A DNA stretch of 64,000 bases, taken from positions 1 to 64,000 of the forward strand of contig CAZBBK010000008.1 in the NCBI GenBank assembly GCA_964490075.1, in the 5' to 3' direction. The notes beneath the pieces are model-generated. The model saw only the letters and a program-made list of their open reading frames with translations, did no database searches and was not told the DNA's origin. This document shows, piece by piece, positions 49,297 to 59,012 of the stretch. This DNA comes from an uncultured Gemmatimonadota bacterium (GTDB lineage Bacteria > GCA-2686955). Both the position numbers and the translations under genes were made by a program. Every line of letters starts with the position of its first letter. Positions within the stretch are counted from its first letter, which is position 1.

Positions 49297-49820
49297 TCGC
49301 CACCACCTTTCCGCGGTTGGAGGTCGCATTCCGCGTCTTGCCACGCAATCTGGTTCATGCGGAGGATCGTCGCTACCTGGCCTCTGTTCTCGCGGATCCT
49401 GATATCGGCGATTCTGCGTTGTTGAGCCGAGTAGTGGTCAAAGGCGCGCAGTGCCAGACGATCGACTCGATCTTCTAGCTCCCGCATGGCGTCCGACCGC
49501 AAGCAGTCGCTCAGCTGAGCTCGCAGCAAGTCCTTCACACGAAACACGAAAGAGATCGCCGTGGAGGGCGCCAGCTCCTGTACGGAGATCAGCCGTACGA
49601 TTTGGTCGAGGCTCTGGTCGGTCGAATCGTCGCCGTCTCCGGCGAGCAACCCATCGAGGAGGCGACGCAACTCGACGGCGATGGTGTGGCCGACAGGGTT
49701 CGCGAAAGGGTCGGTGTTGCCGCGTAGGAAGCGCTGAGAATCGGTCGCATAGATGTCGATCGTCGAATCGATCCAGGCCTCCAACAAGACCTGGCGCCGC
49801 CTTGCATCGATTGTCTTCAC
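49293..49820 (-). CDS. dsrT: DsrT (RsbRD N-terminal domain)
   Basis: DPFANPVGHTI, VQELAPSTAISFVFRVK, LALRAFDHY; directly upstream of dsrM. Confidence 0.88.
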   Translation of the reverse strand: MKTIDARRRQVLLEAWIDSTIDIYATDSQRFLRGNTDPFANPVGHTIAVELRRLLDGLLAGDGDDSTDQSLDQIVRLISVQELAPSTAISFVFRVKDLLRAQLSDCLRSDAMRELEDRVDRLALRAFDHYSAQQRRIADIRIRENRGQVATILRMNQIAWQDAECDLQPRKGGGE

Positions 49821-50025
49821 AGAGGTTTTGCTTTCTTCGCTGGGGCCGGGAGAGCGACGACCGATCCAGAGCCTTGGAGAGCTCCTCGACCGGTCGACGC
49901 TCGTGTTGCGAGACGGCTCGTCGCCTCCGCGGACCGAGCAGTGCGCACGGTCCGGCGGGCTGCCTCGAGAGGCAGCCGCAGGTAGGCCCAGCAACAAGAC
50001 CTGAGACGGATTCGAGGGGCGAGAA

Positions 50026-50343
50026 TCAGACGCAACCGGTGGGCTTCGGAAGCCCGGCGACTTTGCACGCGCCCTTCGCGGGGCCAGACGGGAACAGGTC
50101 GTAGATCTCCTTCAGTTTGAAGCCGGTTGCCTTACACAGCTTGCGGATCATCGGCGCGACGCCGTACTCCATGTAGTATTCGCGCAAGTAGTTGACGACC
50201 TTCCAGTGATCGTCGGTCATGTCCTGCACGCCCTCGGTGTCCGCCAGTGCATTCGCCACGGCGTCATTCCAGCGATCGGGTTCTTGGATGAATCCGTCTT
50301 CGTCGACTTCGATTGTCGTGTCGCCAACTTGAAACTCGGCCAC
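50026..50343 (-). CDS. dsrC: DsrC sulfur carrier
   Basis: VDEDGF; LFPSGPAKGACKVAGLPKPTGCV with both C-terminal cysteines; AAGGAG RBS before GTG 50343. Confidence 0.97.
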   Translation of the reverse strand: MAEFQVGDTTIEVDEDGFIQEPDRWNDAVANALADTEGVQDMTDDHWKVVNYLREYYMEYGVAPMIRKLCKATGFKLKEIYDLFPSGPAKGACKVAGLPKPTGCV

Positions 50344-50359
50344 GAGTCTTCTCCTTCGC

Positions 50360-50947
50360 TCACAGTGAGCTATCGTTGCTAGGTTTGGGGTCGATTTCGA
50401 TCGCAAGGTCATCTCCGCCGCCCGTTCGGCGGCCGAGGGCCTTTTCGATCTCCTTTACGAAAGAAGGTTCGGGAGAGAAACCAAGGGACTTGGCCCTCTC
50501 GAAACTGATTATTGCCGCATCGATCTCGTTCAGAGCGTTGAGGCCGACAGCCAGGTGGTAGTGACCACCAGCGTTCTGGTCGTCGAGCTCCACCACGCGT
50601 CGGAAGCACTCGACCATCTGCTCCGCTTCACTCAAATAGAGGTGGCAGAGACCTTGATTGTAGTGGCCCTGAACGCCACCCGGCTGACACTCGACGGCTT
50701 TCTTGTTCGCTTCGAGGCTGGCGGCGAAATCCCAGCGCGAGAAGAGCACACCCCCGAGATCGATCCACGCCCGGTACATCGTTGGATCGAGATCGAGCGC
50801 TCGGCGCAGCGAGCATTCGGCCGCGGCGAGGTCGCCCTGCTTGCGCTGCAGGGTGCCCAATCGGTAGTGCGCCATGGGCGAATCCGGTTGCGATTCGACC
50901 GCCTGTTTCAGCTCGTTCAGCCCTTGGGCCGGGGTGTTGTCAGGCAT
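50360..50947 (-). CDS. TPR protein within the dsr operon
   Basis: About four TPR units (AHYRLG, AWIDLG, GHYNQG, GHYHLA). Confidence 0.85.
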   Translation of the reverse strand: MPDNTPAQGLNELKQAVESQPDSPMAHYRLGTLQRKQGDLAAAECSLRRALDLDPTMYRAWIDLGGVLFSRWDFAASLEANKKAVECQPGGVQGHYNQGLCHLYLSEAEQMVECFRRVVELDDQNAGGHYHLAVGLNALNEIDAAIISFERAKSLGFSPEPSFVKEIEKALGRRTGGGDDLAIEIDPKPSNDSSL

Positions 50948-51407
50948 CTCCGTGAGCTCCTCTCCGTAGGACCGCCTCGATCGCGTTGATGAGGGCCGAT
51001 CCGAGACGCTTCTGGCATCGGTCCACGACGACCCGGAGCGCCCTCTGCAGGTCTGGTCGCAGATCCTCGTCGGTCGCCAGGCGGACCAGGTCCGGGGACA
51101 CGGAAACGAGCAGGTCGGGGCGCTCTCGGGCGATCGCAAGCACGACAGCGGGGGCGGTCAGCGAGTTGGTGCCCGATTCGTCGTTCATGGCCCATACCAG
51201 GCGACGCACCAGGCGCTGGGTCAGCCTGGGATGATGGCGGCCGCCGATCGCCATGCCGTGGGCGGCGATCGCTCTCAGATCCCCGTCGCTGTGATAAGTG
51301 AGGGCGAGCACGTGCCGCAGAGCACGCGGGTCGTGCTCGATCAAACGCTCGAGCGCATCGAGCTCGCCACCCTCGGCCGCCCTTCGGACCTCTTGCCGCA
51401 GGTTCAT
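50940..51407 (-). CDS. HEAT-like helical protein, DVU0298-like
   Basis: RRLVWAMNDESG motif recalled from the DVU0298 family; ATG overlaps the dsrN stop. Confidence 0.6.
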   Translation of the reverse strand: MNLRQEVRRAAEGGELDALERLIEHDPRALRHVLALTYHSDGDLRAIAAHGMAIGGRHHPRLTQRLVRRLVWAMNDESGTNSLTAPAVVLAIARERPDLLVSVSPDLVRLATDEDLRPDLQRALRVVVDRCQKRLGSALINAIEAVLRRGAHGDA

Positions 51408-52864
51408 GGCCGAGCTCCATTCGCGGCCCGCACCACGCCGCCGGCCCACTCTGGTGTGCCCAACGCATGCAGGTGTGTGTAGCTTGCCACTACTTTTGCG
51501 ACCTGAATGCCGTCGCGCCCCGCGCCGATGCCGGTGCCGCGCTCCATGGCCATCACACTGGCCACTTCGGCATCGCCGTGTCGCACGCGCGAGTAGTGGA
51601 ATTCGTGGCCGCGCAGCGCGGTTCCTTCCCGAAGAAAGGGATTGGCGCGGTCGATCTGGGCTCGAACGTAACCGTGGCCTTGCGGACGTGGCTGCTGCTC
51701 GACCTCGATCGGCAACGCGCCCACCATCGGGAAGGTCGTTCCGGATTGCTGCAACGAGCGCGCCAGGTACATCAGACCGCCACATTCGGCCCATACCGGG
51801 AGTCCCTGGTCGATCGCCTTTGCGAGCGACTTCCGCAGCGCGGCATTGTCCGAGATCCGTTTAGCGTGAACCTCTGGAAACCCGCCTCCCGCGTAGAGAG
51901 CGTCGATCGCGGGGAGCCGCGAGTCGTCGAGAGGCGAAACCGGCACCAGCTCGGCGCCATGCCTCTCGAGCGCCTCCAGGTTCTCGGGGTAGTAGAAAGA
52001 GAACGCGGGATCGCGCAGCACTCCGATGCGCGGCACGCCGGCGATTGCCGGTTCAGCGGTCACGGATTCCAACGGCTCGAGAGCCGGCGTGTCCTTCGCC
52101 AGGGTCAGCAGACCGTTCAGGTCCACATGCTCTTCGGCCAGCTCGCCCAGGGCTTCGAGCGCCGCCCTCTTCTCCGGGTGCTCGAACGCCGTGACCAGGC
52201 CCAAGTAGCGATTCGGCAGCCGTTGTTCGGTCAACCGGGGGATCGCACCGAGCACCGGTAGACCGGTTTCCAGCGCGATCGCCTCTTTGATCACACGTTC
52301 CTGGCGCGCCGTTCCTACGCGATTGAGGATGACACCCGCCAGCTGCAAATCAGGGTCCATTACGCGACAACCGAGCACCTGCGCGGCGACCGTCCGGGTC
52401 ACCTTGGTCACGTCGATCACCAACACGACGGGCGTAGCCGTGAGCTTCGCCAGCTGGGCCGTCGAATGTGATCCCCTGGCGTCGAGTCCGTCGTAGAGTC
52501 CGCGATTGCCTTCGATGATCGCTACGCCAGAGTGTGACGCCGCGCCGCGCAGCGATTCCAGGATGGCGGAGTTGGGCATGAGAAAGGTGTCGAGGTTCCT
52601 TCCCGGGCGCCCGGCCGCCTCACCCAACCAGGCCGCGTCGATGAAATCCGGCCCCTTCTTGAACGGTGCCACCTCCACGCCCCTTGCGCGGAGACCCGCA
52701 ACGACGCCTAGCGAGACCAGGCTCTTCCCGGTATCTCCGGCCATCCCGGCGAGAACCACACGGGCCAGGGGCAAGGCGCGCTGCTGCGCCTCCACCGCCG
52801 CATCGTTCGTCGATGCGGCGTCGCACGGTAGCGACCGTCGACCTTGATCGTTGCGCCTGGCCAT
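51404..52864 (-). CDS. dsrN: DsrN siroheme amidase (CbiA/CobB family)
   Basis: GDTGKS, FKKGPDFID, EGNRGLYDG, AFSFYYPEN, AECGGLMYL, GHEFHYS; inside the dsr cluster. Confidence 0.9.
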   Translation of the reverse strand: MARRNDQGRRSLPCDAASTNDAAVEAQQRALPLARVVLAGMAGDTGKSLVSLGVVAGLRARGVEVAPFKKGPDFIDAAWLGEAAGRPGRNLDTFLMPNSAILESLRGAASHSGVAIIEGNRGLYDGLDARGSHSTAQLAKLTATPVVLVIDVTKVTRTVAAQVLGCRVMDPDLQLAGVILNRVGTARQERVIKEAIALETGLPVLGAIPRLTEQRLPNRYLGLVTAFEHPEKRAALEALGELAEEHVDLNGLLTLAKDTPALEPLESVTAEPAIAGVPRIGVLRDPAFSFYYPENLEALERHGAELVPVSPLDDSRLPAIDALYAGGGFPEVHAKRISDNAALRKSLAKAIDQGLPVWAECGGLMYLARSLQQSGTTFPMVGALPIEVEQQPRPQGHGYVRAQIDRANPFLREGTALRGHEFHYSRVRHGDAEVASVMAMERGTGIGAGRDGIQVAKVVASYTHLHALGTPEWAGGVVRAANGARP

Positions 52865-52901
52865 CGGTCTCCACTCCGCCCTTTGGTGTGATGGCGGAGG
52901 C

Positions 52902-54659
52902 CTACTTCATATCCAGGAATCCGCAGGGACATTCGTCCGCGCACTTGTTGCAGCCGTCGCAAGATCCCAGGTCGATCGTGTAGAAGCTTCCCGGGCGCAG
53001 GTCTTCCGGCTTGACCTTCTTGAAGCAGCCCGGCGTGCAGTACATCCAGCAACGCTCGCAGCCGAAGCACTCGCCACAGGAGAAGCAACGTGCCACCTCG
53101 GCTTCGAATCCGGTCTGGCCGATGCCCAGGTCGATCTCCCGTTGTGGCTCGGCGAGTCTCACCTCGGGCTCCAGTACCTCCCGCTCGGCCCGTGGACTCG
53201 CCTCGTAGAAGTCCATCTTGATGCGCTCCGGCCCGACCGACGTTCCGTTGCTACTGGTGGCCGGATCTTCGCCACGCAACGCAGCATGCATGCTGAGCGC
53301 AGCGCTTCGACCCTGGCCGATCGCGGCCGTCGCCAGGCCGAGATTGATGTTGTCGCCACCCGACCAGACGCCCTCGAGCTCGGTGCGTCCCCATTCGTCC
53401 GCGTTCAGCCAGCCGACATCGGTGAATGCGCCGAGCTGCTTGCAGTCCGGTGCCTGGCTGACCGCGGTGATCACGGTATCGGCCTCGATCTCGGTGATCT
53501 TGCCTTCGATGGGAACCGGTCGCCGGCGTCCAGAGGCGTCCGGCTCGCCCAGCTCCATGTGCTGGATGCGAACCTTCTCGATCGAACCGTCGTCGCCGCG
53601 CACCACCTCCGCAGGTGCGGCCAGGAACTCGATTCGGATTTGTTCCTCGAGCGCCTCTTCCACCTCGCGGTCGATCGCCGGCATCTCTTCGCGCGTCCTA
53701 CGGTAGAGGATCATCACGTCGCTGCCGTCGGCGCCGGAGTCGCTCATGCGTCGCGCTACCCGCGCCGCGTCGATTCCGGTCTGGAAGATGACCCGCAGCG
53801 CCACGCGGGCGGCGTCTACGGCGGTGTCGCCGCCGCCGACCACGACCACCTTCTCGCCTACGGGCGGAGGGTTGCCGGTGGCGACCTGACGCAGGAAATC
53901 TGTGCCCGTATATATATTGGGCCCATCCTCACCGGGGACTCCTAGCGTCTTGCCGGTGTGGGCGCCGATGGCAACGAATACCGCGTCGTAGTCGCGCCGC
54001 AGGTCGTCCAGCGTGGTGTCCTTGCCTATCGCCACGCCGTAGCGGATCTCGACGCCCAGATCGGTGATACGCTCGACCTCTTTGTCGATGACCTCGCGAG
54101 GCAGCCGATACTCCGGAATACCGTAGCGCAGCATCCCGCCCGATTCGGGCAGAGCCTCGAACACGGTCACAGAGTATCCGCGCCGCGCCAGCTGATAGGC
54201 GCAGGACAATCCCGCCGGGCCGGCGCCGACCACCGCGATCTTCTCCTCGAAGGGCCCTCCGGCATCGAGCTTCGGCAACGCCAGATCGTGTCCCAATCCC
54301 CAATCCCCGATATGCCTTTCGACTCCGTTGATCGAGACCGCGCCGTCCTTGGCACTTCGGTTGCACTTCTCTTCGCACGGGTGGGGGCAGACGCGCCCCA
54401 TGACGGCGGGGAAGGGATTGGTATCCACCTCGATCTGCCAGGCGCGATCGAGCGCCGCATCGAGGTCGATTCCCAGCTTCTCGCGCTGGGCGACGACGGT
54501 CAGCCACCCGCGAATGTCGTTCCCGCTGGGGCAGGTGTCCATGCAGGGCGCGAGCTTGGTTAGCTGCTGGGGCCGCAGAGCCGAGCTCTTGGTTCCGGCC
54601 GCGCCCCGTCCGGTGGTTCGCAGCGGCTTCTTCTTCTTGCCCTTTTTCAGGAGGCCCAT
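52902..54659 (-). CDS. dsrL: DsrL iron-sulfur flavoprotein, YRR-containing (DsrL-2-like)
   Basis: CMDTCP, GRVCPHPCE, GAGPAG, GGGDTAVD, LYRR, C-terminal CFSCGECFGCERC and CDGCNKCADECPCG. Confidence 0.92.
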   Translation of the reverse strand: MGLLKKGKKKKPLRTTGRGAAGTKSSALRPQQLTKLAPCMDTCPSGNDIRGWLTVVAQREKLGIDLDAALDRAWQIEVDTNPFPAVMGRVCPHPCEEKCNRSAKDGAVSINGVERHIGDWGLGHDLALPKLDAGGPFEEKIAVVGAGPAGLSCAYQLARRGYSVTVFEALPESGGMLRYGIPEYRLPREVIDKEVERITDLGVEIRYGVAIGKDTTLDDLRRDYDAVFVAIGAHTGKTLGVPGEDGPNIYTGTDFLRQVATGNPPPVGEKVVVVGGGDTAVDAARVALRVIFQTGIDAARVARRMSDSGADGSDVMILYRRTREEMPAIDREVEEALEEQIRIEFLAAPAEVVRGDDGSIEKVRIQHMELGEPDASGRRRPVPIEGKITEIEADTVITAVSQAPDCKQLGAFTDVGWLNADEWGRTELEGVWSGGDNINLGLATAAIGQGRSAALSMHAALRGEDPATSSNGTSVGPERIKMDFYEASPRAEREVLEPEVRLAEPQREIDLGIGQTGFEAEVARCFSCGECFGCERCWMYCTPGCFKKVKPEDLRPGSFYTIDLGSCDGCNKCADECPCGFLDMK

Positions 54660-54878
54660 GTCGCTTTGCCCTCTGGTCGTGAGTGGGGTGGCGGCCTGGC
54701 GTGACCTTCATCGGCCGTGGAGGCACGATGAGTGGCCGCGAGCAGCCGAGTGCTCTGATGGTTCGTTCGGCTCCGGACTCGCAGTCCGCAGCCGGCCGAT
54801 CGATGTTGGGTTGGCCCTCCGGCATCGAGCCCCGCCCGATGTCCGGGGGGCCACCCCGTCCTGTCGTCTAGCGGTGCG

Positions 54879-55121
54879 TCATTCGCTGTCGGGCGACAGC
54901 ACGATGTAGCTTCCGCCGACGTACGAGTAGGTGCACCGACCGGAGTCGATGAGTTGGCGGATCGCCTTCTTGCAGAGCTTCTTATCGCAGCTATCGCCGC
55001 CGAACTGCTCGATCATGCCCTTGGTCAGGTCCATGGCCTTGAGATTCCTCTTGCCGTGGTACTCCTTGACCATTGCGTACATCGCCTCGGCGACGGTGTC
55101 GACGGTCACCTCTTCACTCAT
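54879..55121 (-). CDS. dsrD: DsrD
   Basis: 80-aa winged-helix-like protein right after dsrB; KKAIRQLIDSGRCTYSYVGGSYI. Confidence 0.85.
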   Translation of the reverse strand: MSEEVTVDTVAEAMYAMVKEYHGKRNLKAMDLTKGMIEQFGGDSCDKKLCKKAIRQLIDSGRCTYSYVGGSYIVLSPDSE

Positions 55122-55133
55122 CGTTCTACTCCT

Positions 55134-56210
55134 CTAACCTTGTCGAAGCTGGGCGGAACGTTTGTAGGTCTCGCCCGCGTGTGTGAAGTCGTCGATGTGG
55201 TACTTGGTGAATTCGATGTCGGCGATCTCGAAGAACTTCGGCCAGCCGATCCGCTCGATCCACTCGCCCATGCGCTCAAACTTGCGAGCGTTGGCCGCGT
55301 AGATATCGACCAGGTTCTTGACCGCCGCGACCACCTCGGGCCAGCGTGGCGGATTGTTCGGTAGGTACGGAATCGCCAGCTTGGAGAACATCGGCTCGTG
55401 GCGAGCATTGCTGACCTTGCCACCTACCCAGATCGACACACCGTCCATCTCTGGATCGTTGAGCGTCATCGAGGGACAAACCGTGTAGCAGTTGGCGCAG
55501 AACATGCACTGCTCTTCGATGACCTCGACCGAATCGTGGCCGTCGACCGTCTTCGGGCGCACGGCACCGGTGGGGCACGAAGCGACCGTGGACGGGACCT
55601 CGCACTGGGTCTTGATCGTCGAGTGATCGATGACCGGAGCCCGGCGGTGGACGCCGAGAATCGCGATGTCCGAGCAGTGGACCGCTCCGCACATGTTCAA
55701 GCAGCAGGCGTAGGCGATGCGCAGCTTCGCTGGCAGATCCATGTTCACGAAGTGCCCAAAGAGCTCGTCCATGACCGCCTTCACCACACCGGATGCGTCC
55801 GATGCAGCGGAGTGGCAGTGGACCCAGCCCTGTGTATGCACCACATTCGTGATCGACGCGCCGGTGCCTCCGACCGGGTAGCCCTCTTGGCCCAGACGCT
55901 CGATCAAGGGCTCGATTTTGCTCTCGTCGGAGAGCAGGAACTCCACGTTGTTGCGGCTGGTCCATCGCAGATGGCCACCCGAGAACTCGTCGGCCAGATC
56001 CGCGAAAAGGCGCAGCGTGTGAACACTGGCGATTCGCGCCGTGGCGGCACGCACCGAGTAGAGCTTGTCTCCGGACTCGGAGATGTGCACCAGAACGCCG
56101 GGCTTCGGGTTCTCGTGTCGCTTCCACTTGCCGTAGTTCTCTTTGATGATCGGCGGCAGGAACTTCTCATAGTGAGGAGGGCCGATGTCCGTCTTGCGCT
56201 CGGTAGCCAT
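55134..56210 (-). CDS. dsrB: Dissimilatory sulfite reductase beta subunit
   Basis: [49 protein letters not shown]. Confidence 0.98.
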   Translation of the reverse strand: MATERKTDIGPPHYEKFLPPIIKENYGKWKRHENPKPGVLVHISESGDKLYSVRAATARIASVHTLRLFADLADEFSGGHLRWTSRNNVEFLLSDESKIEPLIERLGQEGYPVGGTGASITNVVHTQGWVHCHSAASDASGVVKAVMDELFGHFVNMDLPAKLRIAYACCLNMCGAVHCSDIAILGVHRRAPVIDHSTIKTQCEVPSTVASCPTGAVRPKTVDGHDSVEVIEEQCMFCANCYTVCPSMTLNDPEMDGVSIWVGGKVSNARHEPMFSKLAIPYLPNNPPRWPEVVAAVKNLVDIYAANARKFERMGEWIERIGWPKFFEIADIEFTKYHIDDFTHAGETYKRSAQLRQG

Positions 56211-57410
56211 CTAGTTGTCCTCCTCTTCTTCGTCCTCTTCTTCGAAGAAAATGTAGGGGTTGGTTCGGGGGTGGATGACCATTTCGGGAGCGGGATCGAG
56301 GCCGATCTGCTCGAGGAAGTTGCCCAATCCGACGCGCTGGATGAACTCGCCGACGCGCTCGCGATTGTTGCCGTACTCACCCCAAATGTCCCAGATCGCT
56401 TCGGTGAGCTCCTTGAGGTCCTCGTAGGGCGGCTCCATCTCGAGGAAGGGAACCAGCACCGAGCAGAGCAGAGCTCCGCCGATGATCGGCGCCTTCCCAC
56501 CCAGCAGAACCGTTGCTCCGCGATCGTCTCCCGGCGACAGCGCCTTGTGCAACACGTTGATGCAATGCATGCACTTGACGCAGTTCGAGTCGTCGATCGA
56601 GAGCTCGCTGCCGTTCCAGCTCATGCATCGCGACGGGCAGCGCGAGGTGACGTGTGCGTGGATGTCGATCTCGCCCGCGCTGGCGTAGTTCCGGACCTCG
56701 TCCTGATCGATCTTGATTCCGTCACGCCAGGTGCCAATGATCGACATGTCCGAGCGCGCGATGGAGGCCACACAGTCATTGGGGCAGCCGGCGAACTTGA
56801 ACTTGTACTTGTAGGGAAAAGCGGGACGGTGCAGCTCGTCCTGGAACTCGTTGGTGATGTCGTGGGTCACCCCCATCGTGTCGTAGCATGCCCACTCGCA
56901 ACGAGCCTGGCCGCAGCAGCAGCTCGGCGTCCTCATGTCGGAGCCGGAACCGCCCAGGTCGAACCCGGCCTCGGTCAGCTCGCTGAAGATCGGCTCCAGC
57001 GCTTCGGTCTTGGCACCCAGGAAGATGATGTCACCGGTCGATCCGTGCATGTTGGTGATGCCGGATCCGTGCTTCTCCCAGATGTCGCAGAGCTTGCGAA
57101 TCGCATCAGAGGTGTAGAACCACCCGGAGGGCTGGTTGATTCGAATGGTGTGGAACTGGGAGCACTCCGGAAACTCCTCGGGCAGGTCGCTGTAGCGCCC
57201 GATGACCCCACCGCCGTAGCCCATGACGCCGACCAGGCCACCGTGCTTCCAGTGCCCGATCTTGTCTTTGTACGAGCGCTCGAGAAGCCCCAAGAGGTCG
57301 TTCGTCGCCGCGTTGTCGGCGGCGCTCTTCTTGAATTCTTTCACGAAGCTGGGCCACGGTCCCGCTTCGAGCTCATCCAGCAGCGGGGTGTCCCTCTTGA
57401 TGTCCGTCAT
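56211..57410 (-). CDS. dsrA: Dissimilatory sulfite reductase alpha subunit
   Basis: [43 protein letters not shown]5C (CCGQARC) and [15 protein letters not shown]. Confidence 0.98.
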   Translation of the reverse strand: MTDIKRDTPLLDELEAGPWPSFVKEFKKSAADNAATNDLLGLLERSYKDKIGHWKHGGLVGVMGYGGGVIGRYSDLPEEFPECSQFHTIRINQPSGWFYTSDAIRKLCDIWEKHGSGITNMHGSTGDIIFLGAKTEALEPIFSELTEAGFDLGGSGSDMRTPSCCCGQARCEWACYDTMGVTHDITNEFQDELHRPAFPYKYKFKFAGCPNDCVASIARSDMSIIGTWRDGIKIDQDEVRNYASAGEIDIHAHVTSRCPSRCMSWNGSELSIDDSNCVKCMHCINVLHKALSPGDDRGATVLLGGKAPIIGGALLCSVLVPFLEMEPPYEDLKELTEAIWDIWGEYGNNRERVGEFIQRVGLGNFLEQIGLDPAPEMVIHPRTNPYIFFEEEDEEEEDN

Positions 57411-57652
57411 GGCAGCTCCTCATCGGTAGCCATGTGATGCCTTCAGGTATGAGCGATTCGCTCGCCCCCGATCGATTGCGGGTTCGCCCGTGAACGCCCT
57501 GTGCTCTGCCCGCTCCCATGGAACGCGGCGTGCGCCATCCGCACCGATCTCGAAGGACTCGGGCGGCGGACGAAATCCGATGTCGATGGACATAAGCCAG
57601 CGATCGCAACGGCTTTGTACAGTGGGAATCTAAGGGGTTTCGCGGACCACGG

Positions 57653-57695
57653 GTCAAACGGATAATCTCGATGGGCCCGATAAGATGTGTTGATC
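57653..57695 (-). promoter_or_regulatory. Putative LysR-dependent promoter of dsrA (T-N11-A box, second box, TTGAC -35)
   Basis: Minus strand GATCAACACATCTTAT-CGGGCCC-ATCGAGATTATCCGTTTGAC; aligns without gaps to 58836-58878. Confidence 0.6.
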
Positions 57696-57828
57696 GACGT
57701 TCGTTGGCGGTAGCAAATCGGCTAAACTCAGCGCAGAACCATAGCGTGCGAGCGGGACCGTTGTGCCGGGCGCGCGCCCCTCGTTCTCCCGTATTCGCGG
57801 CAACCGCCGCGGGCAAGGACGCTCACTC

Positions 57829-58773
57829 GTGGAGCTTCATCAGCTTAGGTGCTTCGTAGCGGTGGCGGAGGAGGGCGGGTTCAACCGCGCCAGCCACCGG
57901 CTGCGGATCACGCAGCCCGCCGTCTCCTACCAGGTCAAGCAGCTCGAGATGGAGCTCGGACAGTCGCTGTTCAACAGGGGACCGCGAGGAGTGACGACCA
58001 CCGAGGCGGGGCGTGTGCTCTTGCAGCACGCGTTGCAGGTCTTCGAGTCGATTCGCAGAACCAGGCACGCCTTGCAGCGGCTTTCGGGCGGCGTCGCCGG
58101 CGAGGTGCGAATCGGCACCGTCAACAGCGTCGGCATGTACGTGCTGCCGGATGTGTTACGCCAGATTCGCGTGAAGTACCCGAGCATTCGTCCCACGATC
58201 CTGTTCCGGAACTCCCACGCGGTGATGGATGCCCTGCACTCCAACCAGATCGAGATGGCCATCGTGGCCAATCCCTCTCCCGACCGGCGCTATCGGTTCG
58301 AGGCTTTGATCGAGGAGCCCGTCTCCCTTGTTTGCGGTCGCGCGCATCCCTTTTTCGGGCGCCTCGAAGTGGACCCGGAGGAGCTCAGGCAGGTCGATTT
58401 CGTCTCCTTGACCGATGATACTCCGACGGGCAGACTGGCTCGAGCGCAGCTGGAACAGCTTGGCGTCACCCGAGCGCCCGTGGTGCTCACGGAGAATATC
58501 GAGACGATCAAGCGGATGGTGGAAGTCGGTTTGGGCGTGGCGCTTCTGCCCAACATGGTGACCAGCGAGGAGGTCGCCTGCGACCTGCGTCTCTCAGGCC
58601 AGCTCGCGCGCATCGCCATCCCCATGAAGCTGGAGCGCCGGATCGTGCTGGTGACCTGGAAGCAGTTCGAGCTCAGCCCCGCGGCCAGCGCGTTCATCGA
58701 GCTGCTGCGTGCCGAGTGCAAGGACTGGGCCGATTGTCTCGATGACGGCAGTCGAACGAAAACACCATCTTGA
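57829..58773 (+). CDS. LysR-type transcriptional regulator
   Basis: ELHQLRCFVAVAEEGGFNRASHRLRITQPAVSYQVKQLE.ELG..LFNR HTH; ETIKRMVEVGLGVALLP; GTG 57829. Confidence 0.95.
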   Translation: MELHQLRCFVAVAEEGGFNRASHRLRITQPAVSYQVKQLEMELGQSLFNRGPRGVTTTEAGRVLLQHALQVFESIRRTRHALQRLSGGVAGEVRIGTVNSVGMYVLPDVLRQIRVKYPSIRPTILFRNSHAVMDALHSNQIEMAIVANPSPDRRYRFEALIEEPVSLVCGRAHPFFGRLEVDPEELRQVDFVSLTDDTPTGRLARAQLEQLGVTRAPVVLTENIETIKRMVEVGLGVALLPNMVTSEEVACDLRLSGQLARIAIPMKLERRIVLVTWKQFELSPAASAFIELLRAECKDWADCLDDGSRTKTPS

Positions 58774-58835
58774 GCAGCCACTGCGCTGGAGGGTCATCGG
58801 GCTGCAAAGGCCTCTGTATCTGTCTCTGCGCACGC

Positions 58836-58878
58836 GATCAGCGGACTCTATAAGGGGAATCGAAAGTTTCGTTTTGAC
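58836..58878 (+). promoter_or_regulatory. Putative LysR-dependent promoter of aprB (T-N11-A box, second box, TTGAC -35)
   Basis: GATCAGCGGACTCTAT-AAGGGGA-ATCGAAAGTTTCGTTTTGAC; weak -10 CATCCT 17 nt after TTGACG. Confidence 0.6.
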
Positions 58879-59012
58879 GCGGACTTCCGAGACCTGCATC
58901 CTATTGGGCGATACCGCTGCGGCTCGGAGCCAATTTCGCACGCATTTGACGGCGTGATCTTTCGAGCGTTCCGAAGTAGTTCGTCAGCGCGATAACCTCG
59001 TGGAGGCTTTTT

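Noticed and set aside
49821-50025. 205-nt dsrC-dsrT gap with hairpin GGCTGCCTC-GA-GAGGCAGCC, and the similar 219-nt dsrD-dsrL gap, as possible ncRNAs
   Set aside because: Only generic GC-rich hairpins; no recognisable family and no copy of the LysR motif.
51404-52864. cbiA/cobB as part of cobalamin biosynthesis
   Set aside because: Embedded in the dsr operon with no other cob/cbi genes; DsrN is the better call.
57411-59012. Rex or FNR-type operator upstream of dsrA/aprB
   Set aside because: No TTGTGAA-N4-TTCACAA or TTGAT-N4-ATCAA match found by eye.
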